DNA of 64,000 nucleotides from Vermamoeba vermiformis (Eukaryota): NCBI GenBank assembly GCA_045837725.1, contig JBEWZL010000178.1, positions 62,001 to 126,000 of the forward strand, read 5' to 3'. Shown piece by piece: positions 1 to 12,977 of this stretch (position 1 is its first letter; each line of letters starts with the position of its first letter). The notes under the pieces were generated by a model. It saw only the letters and a program-made list of their open reading frames with translations, ran no database searches and was not told where the DNA came from. The position numbers and the translations under genes were made by a program.

Positions 1-2376
1 GAAACAGCAATAAAACCAAATGGAATTTTCCCTTCGGACCTCATTTGTATAATTATGGACTTAGCTGACGTTAACACCTTTCGCTCTCTCGCTCTTACAT
101 GCAAAATGTATTATGAGGCATCGCTGACAACTGCTTATGTAAGCTATTAATATTATCCTCGACATAATTAATTCGAATATGATTACTAACTTCAATTAAC
201 CATTCAGGGAGGAAATCTACCGCTTCTAGATCCAACACGGCTAAAGGATTGTACGCGTAAAAATATTCAATATTTTCCTATTTGGTATTAATATACATTT
301 TTATATTTATTAGGTTTTGGGCTGAAACGCTCTCAACGAGATTTATGCCAAAATTGAACTTCTCTTACATCGCCAGTTTTCAACGCAACAAGGTCTTAGT
401 CAACAATCACGTATTCTTAGAAGGGTCAGTATTTAATCTAAGATACCGGGTACAATATACTAATACAATTTTCAAAGAGAGCTTGGTGTTGCCAAGATGT
501 CTAAAGCTGCATTCATTATGGATCTAACAACGATGACAAAAACAGAAGTTCCGTACGGCTGTGTATTTGCAAACGATTATATCATTAAGAATACAAAAGA
601 AAATGGTGAATATTTCTTTGATTGGGACACATTGGAGGTTTTAGACAAGAATTTCAACGTGTTGCATTCGATCGGTACGGTCAACTTTTGGCATCTGAAA
701 CTTTATCGGTTAATAATCTAACGATCCGAAAACAGCTCGAAAGAATAAAGTTCCCCCGCTTGTATATCAGACCAGCGAGCTGGATCATCCAAATGACATC
801 ATTTTGCTCCACGTTAATCAGAAGTCAGGGGAGAACTCGATCATTTTATCGAACTTGCATTTGAGGGACAAATCCTTCGAGTACGTTTAATTAGAGTCTT
901 ATACTATCTTTATTAATCACTTTATATTTAGAAAACATCTGGACGACTTCGTAGACAGAAAAATAATACTTGAAGTTTATGATCTGAAGACGGCAAGCTT
1001 GATCTTGGAGAGAAAAGTTGAAGCTAACAGAATTCTTGCGTACTATGTAAGTATTTATAAATTATATTATATGTAAAATATAATATTAAATTGGATTAGG
1101 GCAATTGCGTTGTCATGATACGAATCGAACACATCATCGCGTACGACTTGCATTCGAAGCACGAAACAACCCTCAGCGCCGATTGCAAGAATCCTGCAGT
1201 ATATATTAATTATGATGAGGTATTATTGAAGTCTTGCAATTGTTAAAGGCCCCTAACAAAACAATTCAGATCGGACTCGTTGAAAATTTCAAGTTTAAAA
1301 TCTTCAGTCTAAAGGAATTAAGAGAGATAAGAACAATCGATTTGGAGTCAATGTTTAAGTCTATTAACCATGAAGGACAGGTAATCTATATTTGTCGCGA
1401 AAGAAGATCCAATTTGTAACGAATTTTTTGTGCAGATCCAAGCATTGGCCTTCGACGACTATAAGCTCGTTATTACATACGTTCTATCAGGTGCTATTAT
1501 ACACCTCGTAAGGAGTCTGCAGTCACGTACTTTGCTTACATCCATGCATACTCCGTACGATCGGTACTTGGATCCAACAGTACGGCCGAGAGTTCATGTA
1601 ACTCCGAACGGAAAGATCGTTACCGATGCTTTGTAAGTCAATTTACATATCTTTACGGCCAAGATTAATATTCTACTAGAAATCTGACTGTTTATGACTT
1701 CGCGCATCCGTACGTGGCTTCAAATCCAGAACTGTCTATTCCTACCATATATATCGTACGTATACTCCCTTAATAGTCAATAGAATGTTTATTTAAGGCA
1801 ATAACCTCGATTAGAAGGACAGCAAAGTACAAGCGACTTCGATCCGATTGTCCGAATTGAACAAATTCGCGATGGAAAAGCTAAACGTGGCTTTTAACTT
1901 GCTGAGGACACGTACTATTACAACGTAAGTGTTATAGATACTATACTATTACAATAGCGACCCGCTCATTTCTAACTTCCTGATGTAGATCCCGAAACGA
2001 CAGAAAATTCAGAGCCACCTTGTTGTTTTGCGAAACAGGAGGTCCCTCCGAACCATTACTTTCGACTTTATTTTCAGACTGGAAGCTCGAAGAAAATAGA
2101 AGAAGTGCTTGGCAATTGACTATGACCGATCCGACTCAAGTTACCAACGGAGGATTTTTCGCGAGTGTCTTTGAAGGAGATCGTAACAAGTAAGTTCAGT
2201 AGCAGGTTATAGGCTTTGATATGTTAAAAAATGATTATAACTGATTGGTATTTTTTTGTAGCTACCATCTTTCCGTACATGCAGCCATAATCGTCTTTGA
2301 AGAATTTAATTCGAAGAAAAATCAGTGGGAATTTTGCGAGCCTTGCGTTGATGTCGAATATACAAGCTCGAGTTAA
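1..2376 (+). CDS. F-box protein (5' end outside the window), multi-exon, divergent beta-rich C-terminus
   Basis: Exon at 1-138 translates ETAIKPNGIFPSDLICIIMDLADVNTFRSLALTCKMYYEA (F-box pattern) and is followed by a GTAAG donor. A chain of GT-AG exons follows; the last exon ends ...DVEYTSSS* at 2376. Confidence 0.6.
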
Positions 2377-2583
2377 CGAAAATGAAGTAAAAATGCTACA
2401 CTATTACCTCGTTGGTTTATGCAAATTGACCGATCACCTTTGGCTGATCATTAGCTGATCTTGGCATTACGCTAACATTACGAGATCCTGTTTAGCAGAG
2501 AAATTTCAGTTTGGCCAAAAAAAATGGCCATGCCAAACTTTCTAGTTTGCAACTTTAAACATAGGATAATACACGTATCAAAC

Positions 2584-4024
2584 ATGTCAGATAGAACCAT
2601 TTATATTACCGGATTGTCTCCCATAGCTACGGAAAAAGACTTGAAAGATCTGTTTTCTTTTTGCGGCAATCTTTTGCGAATTACAATCAGAAGGTAATTT
2701 TAATTTTTAAAACTGATATCAATATTATTAAATATTCTTATTCTGCTTAACGAATCATAGCCTGTGCCTGGAGATTTTTTTCAATTTTAAAATAATAATT
2801 AATTATTAAAATTCAATTATAGCGGCGGAGGAGATACAAATGACGCCTTGATTGAATTCGACGCTGCTTCTGCTTTGGAGATGGCATTGCAATTTTCAAA
2901 TGCGTTAGTAAAGGTAAAAATCATCGATCAGGTTCAAGATTTTCTTACACGTCTATATTTTCTCTAAAAGTGCTCATTATTTATTAAATATCATTATTTT
3001 AGGGCAAAACCATTATGGTGTTTCCATACAGCGAGTCTCCAGAGGCCAAACTTGGACTTGACCAAAAAAAGCAACCGATCCCAGTGCAAAACAGCCCAAA
3101 ATCCAGTCCCGTCGGATCACCTCCGAGCTCTTTATCCATGTCTCCGCCAAAAAATACGACTGTGCCTTCACCAGATAGCACCTCCGCGTCAAAAACCAAT
3201 CCGAACACAGCGATGCTTGTCGAGCCTAAAAAAGTATCACGATCTATTATTGATGAAGACGTATTCAATTTTGACGATTTGCCGCCAAAATCAACTGAAC
3301 CAATCTCCACGGGAACCGTTCCGCAAGGCGACGACTTTAGCAACAAAAATCCAAATGAGCAGCCATCTTCACCGAACAGCAGTAACTACAATAGTATTTC
3401 CCCATCGACTTTAAGCCCTAGAGATAGTCTGAACTTTGAACGATTATCATTGGTACGTAAAATCATTCGACGGATCCATGTGTCTGCGACTGGATCTTGA
3501 CCGTTTTGGAACTTTAAGGATTCAACAAATAATGCTCATTATAGACTCTGCTATATATAGGTGCCTGTTACTAATAATTTTTTAATTTGCAGTCATCACG
3601 AACAGTCTTGATAACGAATTTATGTCCGAACATTTCATCGGATCTCTTCTTCAAATTTTTCGATTTTTGCGGCCCAATGCTATCATATGCTATTGACAAG
3701 TGCGTAAATATTTTAAAGATACGATAGCTTTTTGGATTTTAATACCTGTATTTGCGTAGTGAGTCCCAGTCAGCGCTGATCGAGTTCCGGAGTCAACGTG
3801 CAATTAAAATAGCGTCGCATTTAAATCAATGCAATTTAGGCTCAAAAAGAGTGCAAATAGAGCCTTTTGATTTGAACAAGCACGCAGCGTACTTTGACAA
3901 ACTCGCGCCACATCTGCAACAACGGCCATCAATGTACGATGACAACTTTAGCGACACTGTATCCCCCAGTACCTCTCCTGTAGTCAGTTCATTGTTAGCT
4001 ACCTCACCACCAAAGCACAAATAA
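2584..4024 (+). CDS. RRM-domain RNA-binding protein (two RRMs separated by a Ser/Pro-rich linker)
   Basis: MSDRTIYITGLSPIATEKDLKDLFSFCG..DALIEFD is RRM1; ORF 3015-3500 is the low-complexity linker; ORF 3752-4024 (ALIEFRSQRAIKIASHLNQCNLGSKRVQIE) is RRM2. Confidence 0.75.
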
Positions 4025-4387
4025 ATCGCTACGGATTCGATCGGCGAGTAAAATGGAACTGGCGTCAAGTAATGGAGCACTCGTTGGCGAAGCAACAATA
4101 ATAACTGGTAATATAGTAGAACTGCAGGAGCCTGTAATTGCAATTTACTCCGATCCAGATCTTTCAAGTTCGAACTAATGTTTGGAGTTTGGAGTCTGTA
4201 CTCCGTCTCAGCGAAAGAATTCTTGACATTCTTGACCTATGACAGACTGACGGTACAAAATTACCTACGAATTGTGCACGTGTTTTGGATTGGAACGGAA
4301 AGGGAGATTTTTTCTCCTTTTATGGAAGTCAGTTTACGCACTTGTTTACAATAGTTTTATATAATACGCAACACAACAATAGGCACT

Positions 4388-5841
4388 ATGGCGCAAAATG
4401 ATGCCATACTTCAAAACGTCTGCAACATGGTCAATGACCGTAGCGCCGTGGCACTGACGCAAAAGTACGGATTAGGCATCATGAACGTAACTTGGGAAGA
4501 TAATGGAAGAATAAAAGGCTCGTGCTGGGGTCCTTGTATTTCTGATAGTAAGTAACTATTTCAATCTTAAATAATCCAGCGACAACGAACGGATCTGGTG
4601 CCATCCACAAAAATTCCGAAAATAATTAGAAAATACTAATTTAAATATTTAGTGACACTGCAGGTTAAAAATTCGCGATTGCCCGTCATTCGATCACCAA
4701 ATTTCGAAGACGTAACTTGGGATGTGCCAATGGAAGCGATCCCGCTAGTCGTTGGCAACGAAAAAGGCGGAAGCCTGTCAATTACCACGCTGGAAGATTA
4801 TTTAAAGAACTTCCGCGATTACTTGCACCAACCGTCAAGCTGGGCCGGATCCAAAACTTCGCTGCTCGCTCCTGAACGCGACAGTCACGTGATCATGTCC
4901 GCGCAAGCTTGTTTCTTGCCTATTCCTCAAGGCCAAGAAGCTGTTTTCAACGTTGCAGTCTATAATTATCAATCAACGGCGAAAGATCCCGCTGTACTGG
5001 CCATTGTTGCTTCGAGCCGCGGTACATCCGCTCAAGTTCTTGGTGAAGAAAGTAAGTAGCATATAAAAAGTTTCATACAAATGAAAATCTCATGGGATGA
5101 TTCCCAAATTACGACTTTCTAAATATAGAAATCTGTGTTAGGCGAAAATTATTTATTTTGGCCATTCCGTGTTATCTAACACGCAGTTCAGATAAGCTGT
5201 ATTTCAACGACAATGGTCAAAAGTGCCCGTTTGTGGGTCAAAGACTAAGCGATCATCGCGTTGAGACTGGCAAGACGGATGTGCCTTCAGGTGCGCCAAT
5301 GAGCCAAGAAGAGAAACAACAGAACATGTTGCTCATTATACAAGTGCCGCTGAAGAAGAAACAGCCAATCTTACGCTCTAGCGGTGGGCCTTATCCTCCT
5401 TGCCCTCCAATGGGCGGAGCTCCACCTGGCGGAGCTCTACCACGATCAAACGTTGAAAATGCCGTGATTAAAGTGGGAAAATCAGAAGGACCGTTCGATG
5501 AAATCAAAGGTTTGGAAATTGAACGAGATCCGGATTTTCCAGTTCGCGTGACAGTTCAGTTTTACAAAGCTACTGACAACGGAGTGATGAACGAAGATAA
5601 TATGAAAGAGATTCATGAACAGATTGAAAGTTCCAAGAAATTTGCAGATCATATTGGATCTCTCGTAGTTGAAGGCAAAACGAATAGACCGACCGAACAT
5701 ACTTGGAAACCTGCTAATAATGGTGCTAACAATCAAGCCGTTCATCTTATTCAACCTCAAGTGGCTGGCACTAACGGTCCTTCTGCCGCAACTTCTCCGC
5801 GAGGCAGCAAGAACAAGAAAAACAACTGCGAAGTTTCTTAA
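4388..5841 (+). CDS. Uncharacterised conserved protein (WEDxxRxxxSCWGPxISDMTL motif) with C-terminal CaaX-like end
   Basis: Three exons splice in frame: MAQNDAIL...NVTWEDNGRIKGSCWGPCISD/MTLQVK...; ends KNKKNNCEVS*. Confidence 0.75.
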
Positions 5842-5978
5842 GCGTTGATCAAACGCTGCGCTTCTCTCTTGTACATAATAAATTTATTATATTTTTTCCT
5901 TGAATTCGGTTACAATTTTTGAATAGAACAAATCGAACCTCAGATCCGCAAGGAAAAAATTACGCTTTTTTTTTAATA

Positions 5979-7927
5979 CTATATTAGGTTATTAACAACA
6001 TTATCCTTAAATTCTACATAGGCATCAAAAATGACAGGTAACTCGCCGTTGTTTTTGTCGCGATACTGATCGATCAAAATTTGTTTGTCCACTTGCGGAT
6101 GTCGCTTCATGACTTCTTTGACAAACTGTTTGTTGATATAAGCTCCATTATATAGTGCTCCTCCTATTGTCGGCAAGGTTTGGAAAATGCTAAATCCGTA
6201 AATTATGAAGACAAAGCCAAGCGTAATCAACAAGGACCAGAATACTACTCCCGTTAACGATGATTTAGCAAAAAAGCTGGTGAATACGTTTGTTAAGCCT
6301 AGCCATATTACTGATTGGTTGAGGATGATAATTGGTGTCGAATACAATTTAACTGGTGCAAGTCGCTGAGGTGATCCGATCTCCGTTAACTCTCGCTGAC
6401 TGTCTTGAGATTGTACGTCCTGAATAGCATTAATTGAATATATAATTTGGTTATATGAAAAGGGATAATATTATCTACCTCGTTTTCTTCCTTTAACCTC
6501 TTGAATATTGCGGATCGAGCACTATTGTTTGCCATAGTTGCGATAGTAACTACACCAAAAAGAAGGGCCCTCGCTACTATAGACATAGCACCTTGTATGT
6601 ATACAACAGCATAGAAGTTAAAAGCGAAGAAAATCCAAGCGAGCCAAGTTCCACCAGAAATTTTGCCGATCAGATCGTTTACACAAAGAGTGTAGTATTC
6701 GTCGAATCTGAAGAACATCAACTCCTCTTCGCTATACTCGCTTTTCATAGTATTCATGAAATATTTTCGGTACGCGCCGTACTCGCGGTAACGATTTTTC
6801 CTCCTGAAAAACAACATTATTTCCTAAAAAGGCAATGTGAATTCATTACTAACCAGGTACTGTGCATATTATACTGAAGCTCTAGTTCTCGCTTAACTTC
6901 TTCGTAATTCTCGCCTCTGAACGCAGCCTCACGAGCCGCTTAAATTTGGTTAGTTAGATCGGATCTTTTTTTCGAGCGCTTCTTCGTGTAGCTTACTTTG
7001 AAATATTTTCTCGTGTTTACGAAGTCTCCTAGTTAGGAATAATTTGCTGAAAATGAAACAAAATGCGAGAGTAAACATGTAACCGATGACCAAAAAAGAA
7101 GATCAAAAAGTGAATTGCTTCAATAATCTCTTCTTTGCCTCCAAGTGCATGAATAGCATGCTCAAACACTATTAAGATATTAGTAATATTATAAGAGCAT
7201 TCTGTTCTTGCGGATCCGATCCGACTTACGTTCAGAACTGCTAACGAGATACAACGTCAAGCCAATAAGACCAATTAAAGTCAACTCCGATTTAAATGTT
7301 TGAATGATTCCCAATAATGCCTTTTGGTTCTTATGCTCTAAATGCTAAACAAAAGAAATTTCGTCAGTTAAAATTCGTTGATTGATCCGTCGTTGAATTA
7401 TCGAAGTAACTTACGTGCTCGAGCTTATGCGTCGCTACTTCAAATACAGTGCTGAATACTGTAAGGACAGCCATAACAAGCAAAAAGAACGGAAAATTGT
7501 TGATCAGATCGTCTCGAAAACAGCTTGTTGCCATGTAGGCAATGCCATGAGGACAACAATCATACACTTTGTAGCATAGTGATGATATATTGCGACAGTT
7601 CGTTTGAAGCGTAATACTGAGCTCTTTGTGTTCATCAGATGCGTATGTTGTGGATGTACCGTCGCACGTCCAAACGTCCTTCTTCACTGCTCCAAGTACG
7701 ACGAAAGGACACTCGTAAACATTACAGTCGTAGCAATCATAGCCGACCTTAAATATTAAGGCAATTAAACGAGAAATTATAAATAAAAATCGGATGTGGT
7801 TTGATAAGCTTACCAAACAGCTCTCTGCAACGTCTCTGTATTCACATGTACGACCGGAATAAAATAAATTGCATTTGCAAACGCCCAATGAATAATAGCC
7901 GTGGCCTGAGCAATTGGACTGTGGATA
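5979..7927 (-). CDS. MLO-family multi-pass membrane protein with N-terminal EGF-like/Cys-rich ectodomain (start codon not resolved)
   Basis: Spliced translation contains MLO-type motifs HKLEHHLEHKNQKALLGIIQTFKSELTLIGLIGL, EAIHFLIFFLVIGY and FRFDEYYTLCVNDLIGKISG..W; the N-terminal CSGHG..GVCKCNLFYSGRTC is an EGF motif. Confidence 0.65.
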
Positions 7928-8226
7928 CTAAACAGCGAAAGATTCATAAGGCTAAAATCAACGATCTCTTGGTTGGCGTATCTTCAGGATACTATGAACT
8001 TGTTGTTATTCGGAGAATAAAATATGTAACCCTGGTTTTTTCGTTGATGCGGAGAACAACGAGCGTGTTCTTGCTTTCTAAAGCCACGTGATCGGCTCAA
8101 CAAGCATGTCTATCAACTCAAACGAATAATGATGCGCTCAATCCCCTGTGGTTTTGAAAAGAGATCTGCATTAATCTTTACGTTTATTAGTTGTTCCTTA
8201 TAATATCGATAGCAATCCGGTATACA

Positions 8227-10465
8227 TTAGTTGTTATTGTTGTTTTGAGCTCCGCCGCTAATTTTGAAAAACATTTTGTTCATAATAGTGAAAATTAACG
8301 CTTTCGGCAACTTTGAAAATTGGTCTTCGTGCTTCGTACTAACGTTGAAATAATTATCCGTGATATACTTAATCGCAATTCTTTTCAATTCATTGTCTTG
8401 GTTCTTATGCGCATTCAACACCAGATCCAAACAAGTGTCGTCAGTAATATCGTCCATGACTGTCTTTTCCAACGCATTGAGCAAAGCTGTATGATTAACA
8501 CTAGGATTTGTTTCCTTAGCGAGCATTAAATACGATGCCATTGATAATATTGAAACGCAAGTGTTCGGATTGGCAATGTGCTCGTACGAATTCGTGTAAA
8601 AATATTCGACTAACGCGTTGAGTTCTTCTTGATTGAAGCCTTTAATCTCAATCACACCTATAATAATACTCATTAGTATCTCGTATTATCAAAAATATTA
8701 ATATCGTTGGAATAATTATCCGTGATATCATTCGATTTTGACATCCGGATCGCACTAAAAAATTTCGTGCTTCAAAAATGCTCCAACGAAACATTATTAT
8801 TAACGATATCATTATGAAAGTATTAATTAAGAGTAATATAATTAGATTGTACCTTCGCTGGCTTCCTTCAAATTGGAATTCAAGCACGAATTAATGTAGT
8901 CACAACGAGCAGCAACGACCAGTTTGTGGACTTTCACTGAAAACGCGGGATTATTCTCGTCCGAACCACCGGACTTTAGGACCAAATCTCCCGTTAAATC
9001 TCGATGTTCCAACAACCGTTGAGCCACGGAAAGAAATCTTTCTTGCGCTGTCATTTTTAGTTCTTTCTCTGAATCCATTTCGAGCAACGGAGAAAGCTCC
9101 TTGGGCTTATTTTTCCAAATTTGGAAATCAGCGAATGTTTCCTCGTCGACCACCGCTCGAACTTTTTCTATAATTGGAGCTGAAGCTGGAACTTGGTATA
9201 AGTACTGCAGGACTGCTCGTTTGTGATTTTCGTTCATGAATGGCAATTTTACCAAATTAGGCAATACGTTGAATAATTTTTCACGTTGGAGAATTCTGAC
9301 CAATTGTGCCATCGCGTATTTTTTCAATACCGAGCATTCCAAAATCATCGATATTTGAAGAACTTGCGAAATTTCAGTCAAATTCACGATGACTTCGCGA
9401 ACGCCGAATTGAATCGCGTTAATAATTTTGTGCCATAATTGCTGATCGTCAGTGATGCGGAATAATTCTTCTTGAAAGTGTGCCTCCAGTAACTTCGGAG
9501 CAGACACTTTGATGATCGGTGAATAAATTTGATAAATTTGATGAATTTTCACGTCGTGCACGTGGTCGATCAGCGACAGCATTTTGGTTTTCCATTTTTC
9601 CTCTTCAACATTTTTAGTACTTAGTCCGGGTGAAGTATCCACCATTTCTTTGTCACTAAGCACTATAATATTATATTTTTATTAGTATACGTTCTTCAGT
9701 AATTAAGAAAAATTACGGACGCTTGATCCGTCGTTAGGTGAAAGAAATAAATTGAAGTTTTTTGCTTACATTCGCATATTAACTCCATAGCATTGCCAAT
9801 ATGTATATCCGCAATTGCACTGACTTCGATATATCTAATATTACGTTCAGCAGCGAAAGCTTCGGCATCGTACGTGGAAACTTTTCGATCTTCGAGATCT
9901 GAATCGAAATATTCGCGTTAATATTTTTTTATGGCTAGAGAAAAATTTTTCTTTACCTATTTTGTTGCCTATTAAAATGAATTGGCACTTATCTTCCGGA
10001 GAAATGTTTTTCTTGGCTTCATCGATCCAAGTCGGGAGGTTGTTAAACGAATCGAGGTTTGTAACGTCGAAAACGAATATTACAATCACGGCTTTACGAT
10101 AATATGCTGCTGAAATAGCGCGATAGCGTTGCTGGCCGGCTAAATAAAAATTTAAATTACGTTTAATTTCAAATAAATTTGAATTCGCTTGAAATATATT
10201 TTAATAATTACGCTATAATTACCTGTATCCCATATTTGCAATTTAGCTTCGATAAGGTGGTTTCTAACAATTTTGCTACCGAATTCTACGCCGATCGTTG
10301 CGTGTTGGTCAGCTCTTGGCTCAACATCGAGAAATCTATTTAAAATACAAGTTTTTCCTACTCTAGATTCGCCAACCATCACAACTAAGCAAGTTTTGGT
10401 TAAAGTCTTTGCCGCATCTAACGGTTAAGCTTACTTTTATATAACGGCAAGTCGTTGTCAGCCAT
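8227..10465 (-). CDS. Rab-like GTPase fused to BTB/BACK domains
   Basis: MADNDLPLYK/IVMVGESRVGKT..TIGVEF..WDTAGQQRYRAISAAYYRKA..GNKID..EVSA; an intron at about 9663-9769 joins this in frame to a BTB region (DLVLK..VHKLVVAARCDY..LKEASEG/VIEIK..LVEYFYT). Confidence 0.75.
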
Positions 10466-10777
10466 TGTTAATGCTCGCGATGAATTGGTACTAATGCTGG
10501 ATCACTCTTCAAATTATTTTGCACTGTTTCAAATTTACGTTGGGTATTTTGTCGTTCACTGAAAATTACTTATTTGAAAATTCGCGTTATCTTATTGGCG
10601 AAGATAACACATTCACTCACGATAAATACAACTACACATCCATGAGTGCTTCACCAAATGTCGCTATTACTCGTTGGGCAAAGAACTCGGAACGAACGTG
10701 GTATTGTTCGTTGATCACGTGGAGTATTTTAGATTTTGCATTCAAACTCAGTTTATATTATTTATGTTACAAATTGT

Positions 10778-12554
10778 TTACTTATTATTGTTCTTTGTTT
10801 TTTTTACTTTCCTTTCGTCTTTCTTGTCTGAATTTCTTTTTCTCTTATTATCTTTCTTAGGTTTGTGAGCTGGCACTTCAAAATTATCTAAGTCAGAATC
10901 TTGCACTTCCTGCAAATGCAAATCATTAAGGTAGTTTTCATTCCTCAATGGCTCAAGTGAAATGTCAAGATGCAATTCTGTTAAAGCTGGGTCATTCAAC
11001 TCTTGGCTATCTCCACTCTTTAAGCCAGTGGTTACCTGGTGGATGTTAAATTATTTGAATTAAGCATATTAGGATACCATTAGTATATGGGTCACTGTAG
11101 TATGATTGATGAACTCTTTCAAAATCCAGTAGGCAGTATTCCTCTTGTTAAGTTTGTGCTCAATAAATTCCTGTACAAACTAGTTGATAACTAATAACAT
11201 GAACAAGCAGGTGTACCTGACATTCATCAATGTTCAGAAGTGTGACAGGAGAGGATGTTGGTACATTTTGATATAGATCCTCATTGTAAGGGATGTCACT
11301 TGTTGTGGCCACATACAGTTCCCACAGTGCTTGCAAGTCAGAAGGACGTTTTGGAAGGCTGGCAATAACTTCATTGATTGACTGTAAAGAGATTGCCCTG
11401 CCCTTAATCAGCAGGTTTGGCTTAATGTTGCAAATTGCATCATACACAATTGACAAGCAGATGGCTGTTGGATTTTCTTTGTTGTTGCTGTATTTTGCAG
11501 CAGATGTTGTTATAATTCTCTGTTGGGATATTGCTTTGTGAAGCTGACCAAGGAATTTCAAGTGATTTTCAATGTCTTCAATGTCAATTGTTATCTCATC
11601 AGGTCTGTGCCTTTTGTATAATGCTTTTCTAGTGCTCATATCAACCCTTAATAATGAATGTAAACCAAATTTTGCTTTTTGAACTTGAGATAAGCTGAAC
11701 AGGAAAGAATAGATAATGTCTTGATTGCAGAAAGCTCTAATTGCCCACTCCATCATAAATTGAGTTTTGCCAAACCCTGGACTGGCCACAACAATAGCGT
11801 GTGTTGGCTTTGAACTGTGTTTAACATTTTCTGAGACAGGGTAATTTAAATAGCAGTCTGATATTAGATCAAGTATTGCTTGTTCTTGATTGTAGAAAGG
11901 AGGCTCTTTTGTCCCCAGCCATGAAGGAACAAACAAACTACCAGTTGGTATCCAATAAGTAATGCCAAGCTCTGGTACTGTGATGGTGGGTCTGTTCAGC
12001 TTTTTTGTCACAACTTCTCCAATCTGTTGCACCGTTTCAAATTGTGCTAATTCTATGAATTCCAGTATGTCAGGTAGTGTGACTTGCTTTGCTTCAGGTG
12101 AAATTTCACTCTCATGACGTTTGTTAAGCTCTTTGCCATTAGTGCTTGTCCTTTGCTTCACTCTTCCTGCTTTGTCTGATTCTGTGGCAAGGAAGTACAA
12201 TTAGGGCTTTGAATTCAATCGTTGAAAAAGAATTTCCGCAGAAAGCGTACCTGGCTCTGCCAGAGACTTCAGTTTTTTAATCTCAGCCCACAGCTTTCGC
12301 GAGTGCGTGTCAATTAGGCTCAGACTCTCTTTCAGGTCTGCCCTGTCTTCGTATAGTAGCAATATCGAGCCATCAATTTCGTCGTCGATAATTATTCCCA
12401 CGCTTTTATCGACAGCTGATTGTCCTTTTGGCGACAAATTGGCAAAGTTCAAAACGTGTCGTACCCAATCAGCCACTTCTTTCGCTGTCCTTTCGGTTAC
12501 TGGCTTCGTTGCGACGGTCGTCTGATTCAAGTCGTCTGTTCTCCGTTTAGTCAT
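10778..12554 (-). CDS. SAM-like header + P-loop NTPase, Crinkler/RHS (CR)-effector-like, apparently lacking a C-terminal nuclease
   Basis: Exon 1 TAKEVADWV..IIDDEIDGSILLL is SAM-like; Walker A VVASPGFGKT; Walker B LLNIDECQ; then LMVTTGL and a Lys-rich tail. Confidence 0.6.
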
Positions 12555-12977
12555 TAGTTAAGACTATTGCATTTCGTTTTTGGTTGTTTTATATGTAAAT
12601 AGGAGATACTAATTTATTTACGTTATAGTTAGTTTATTAAAGATTAATTTGCATTAAAATCACCTGTTCCGAATAATTATCAATATAGCGAATTAAATAT
12701 TGGCATTATTTCCTAGTTTATTAGATAATTGATGGCGCCATAAATAATTCTGCTTATTTTTGCTTTTTTGGCGGCATTAGGCCAATTTATTAAAATTCGA
12801 TTACCTCGGGTCTCCATGACATTTTAAGTTATACATATAACGACCGAATCCTACACTGCTGATATCGATTTTACGTTGTGTTCGAAATCGTGGGCAAGAA
12901 TAAATAGAATTTTCCTCGGCTAAATTGATTTGTAATTCAATCAGTGAAGGTACCATCCAAACCATAAAGATAAATAC

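Noticed and set aside
10519-10868. Plus-strand hydrophobic ORFs
   Set aside because: Non-ATG starts; the Phe/Leu richness is the antisense of the Lys-rich tail of the CR-like gene.
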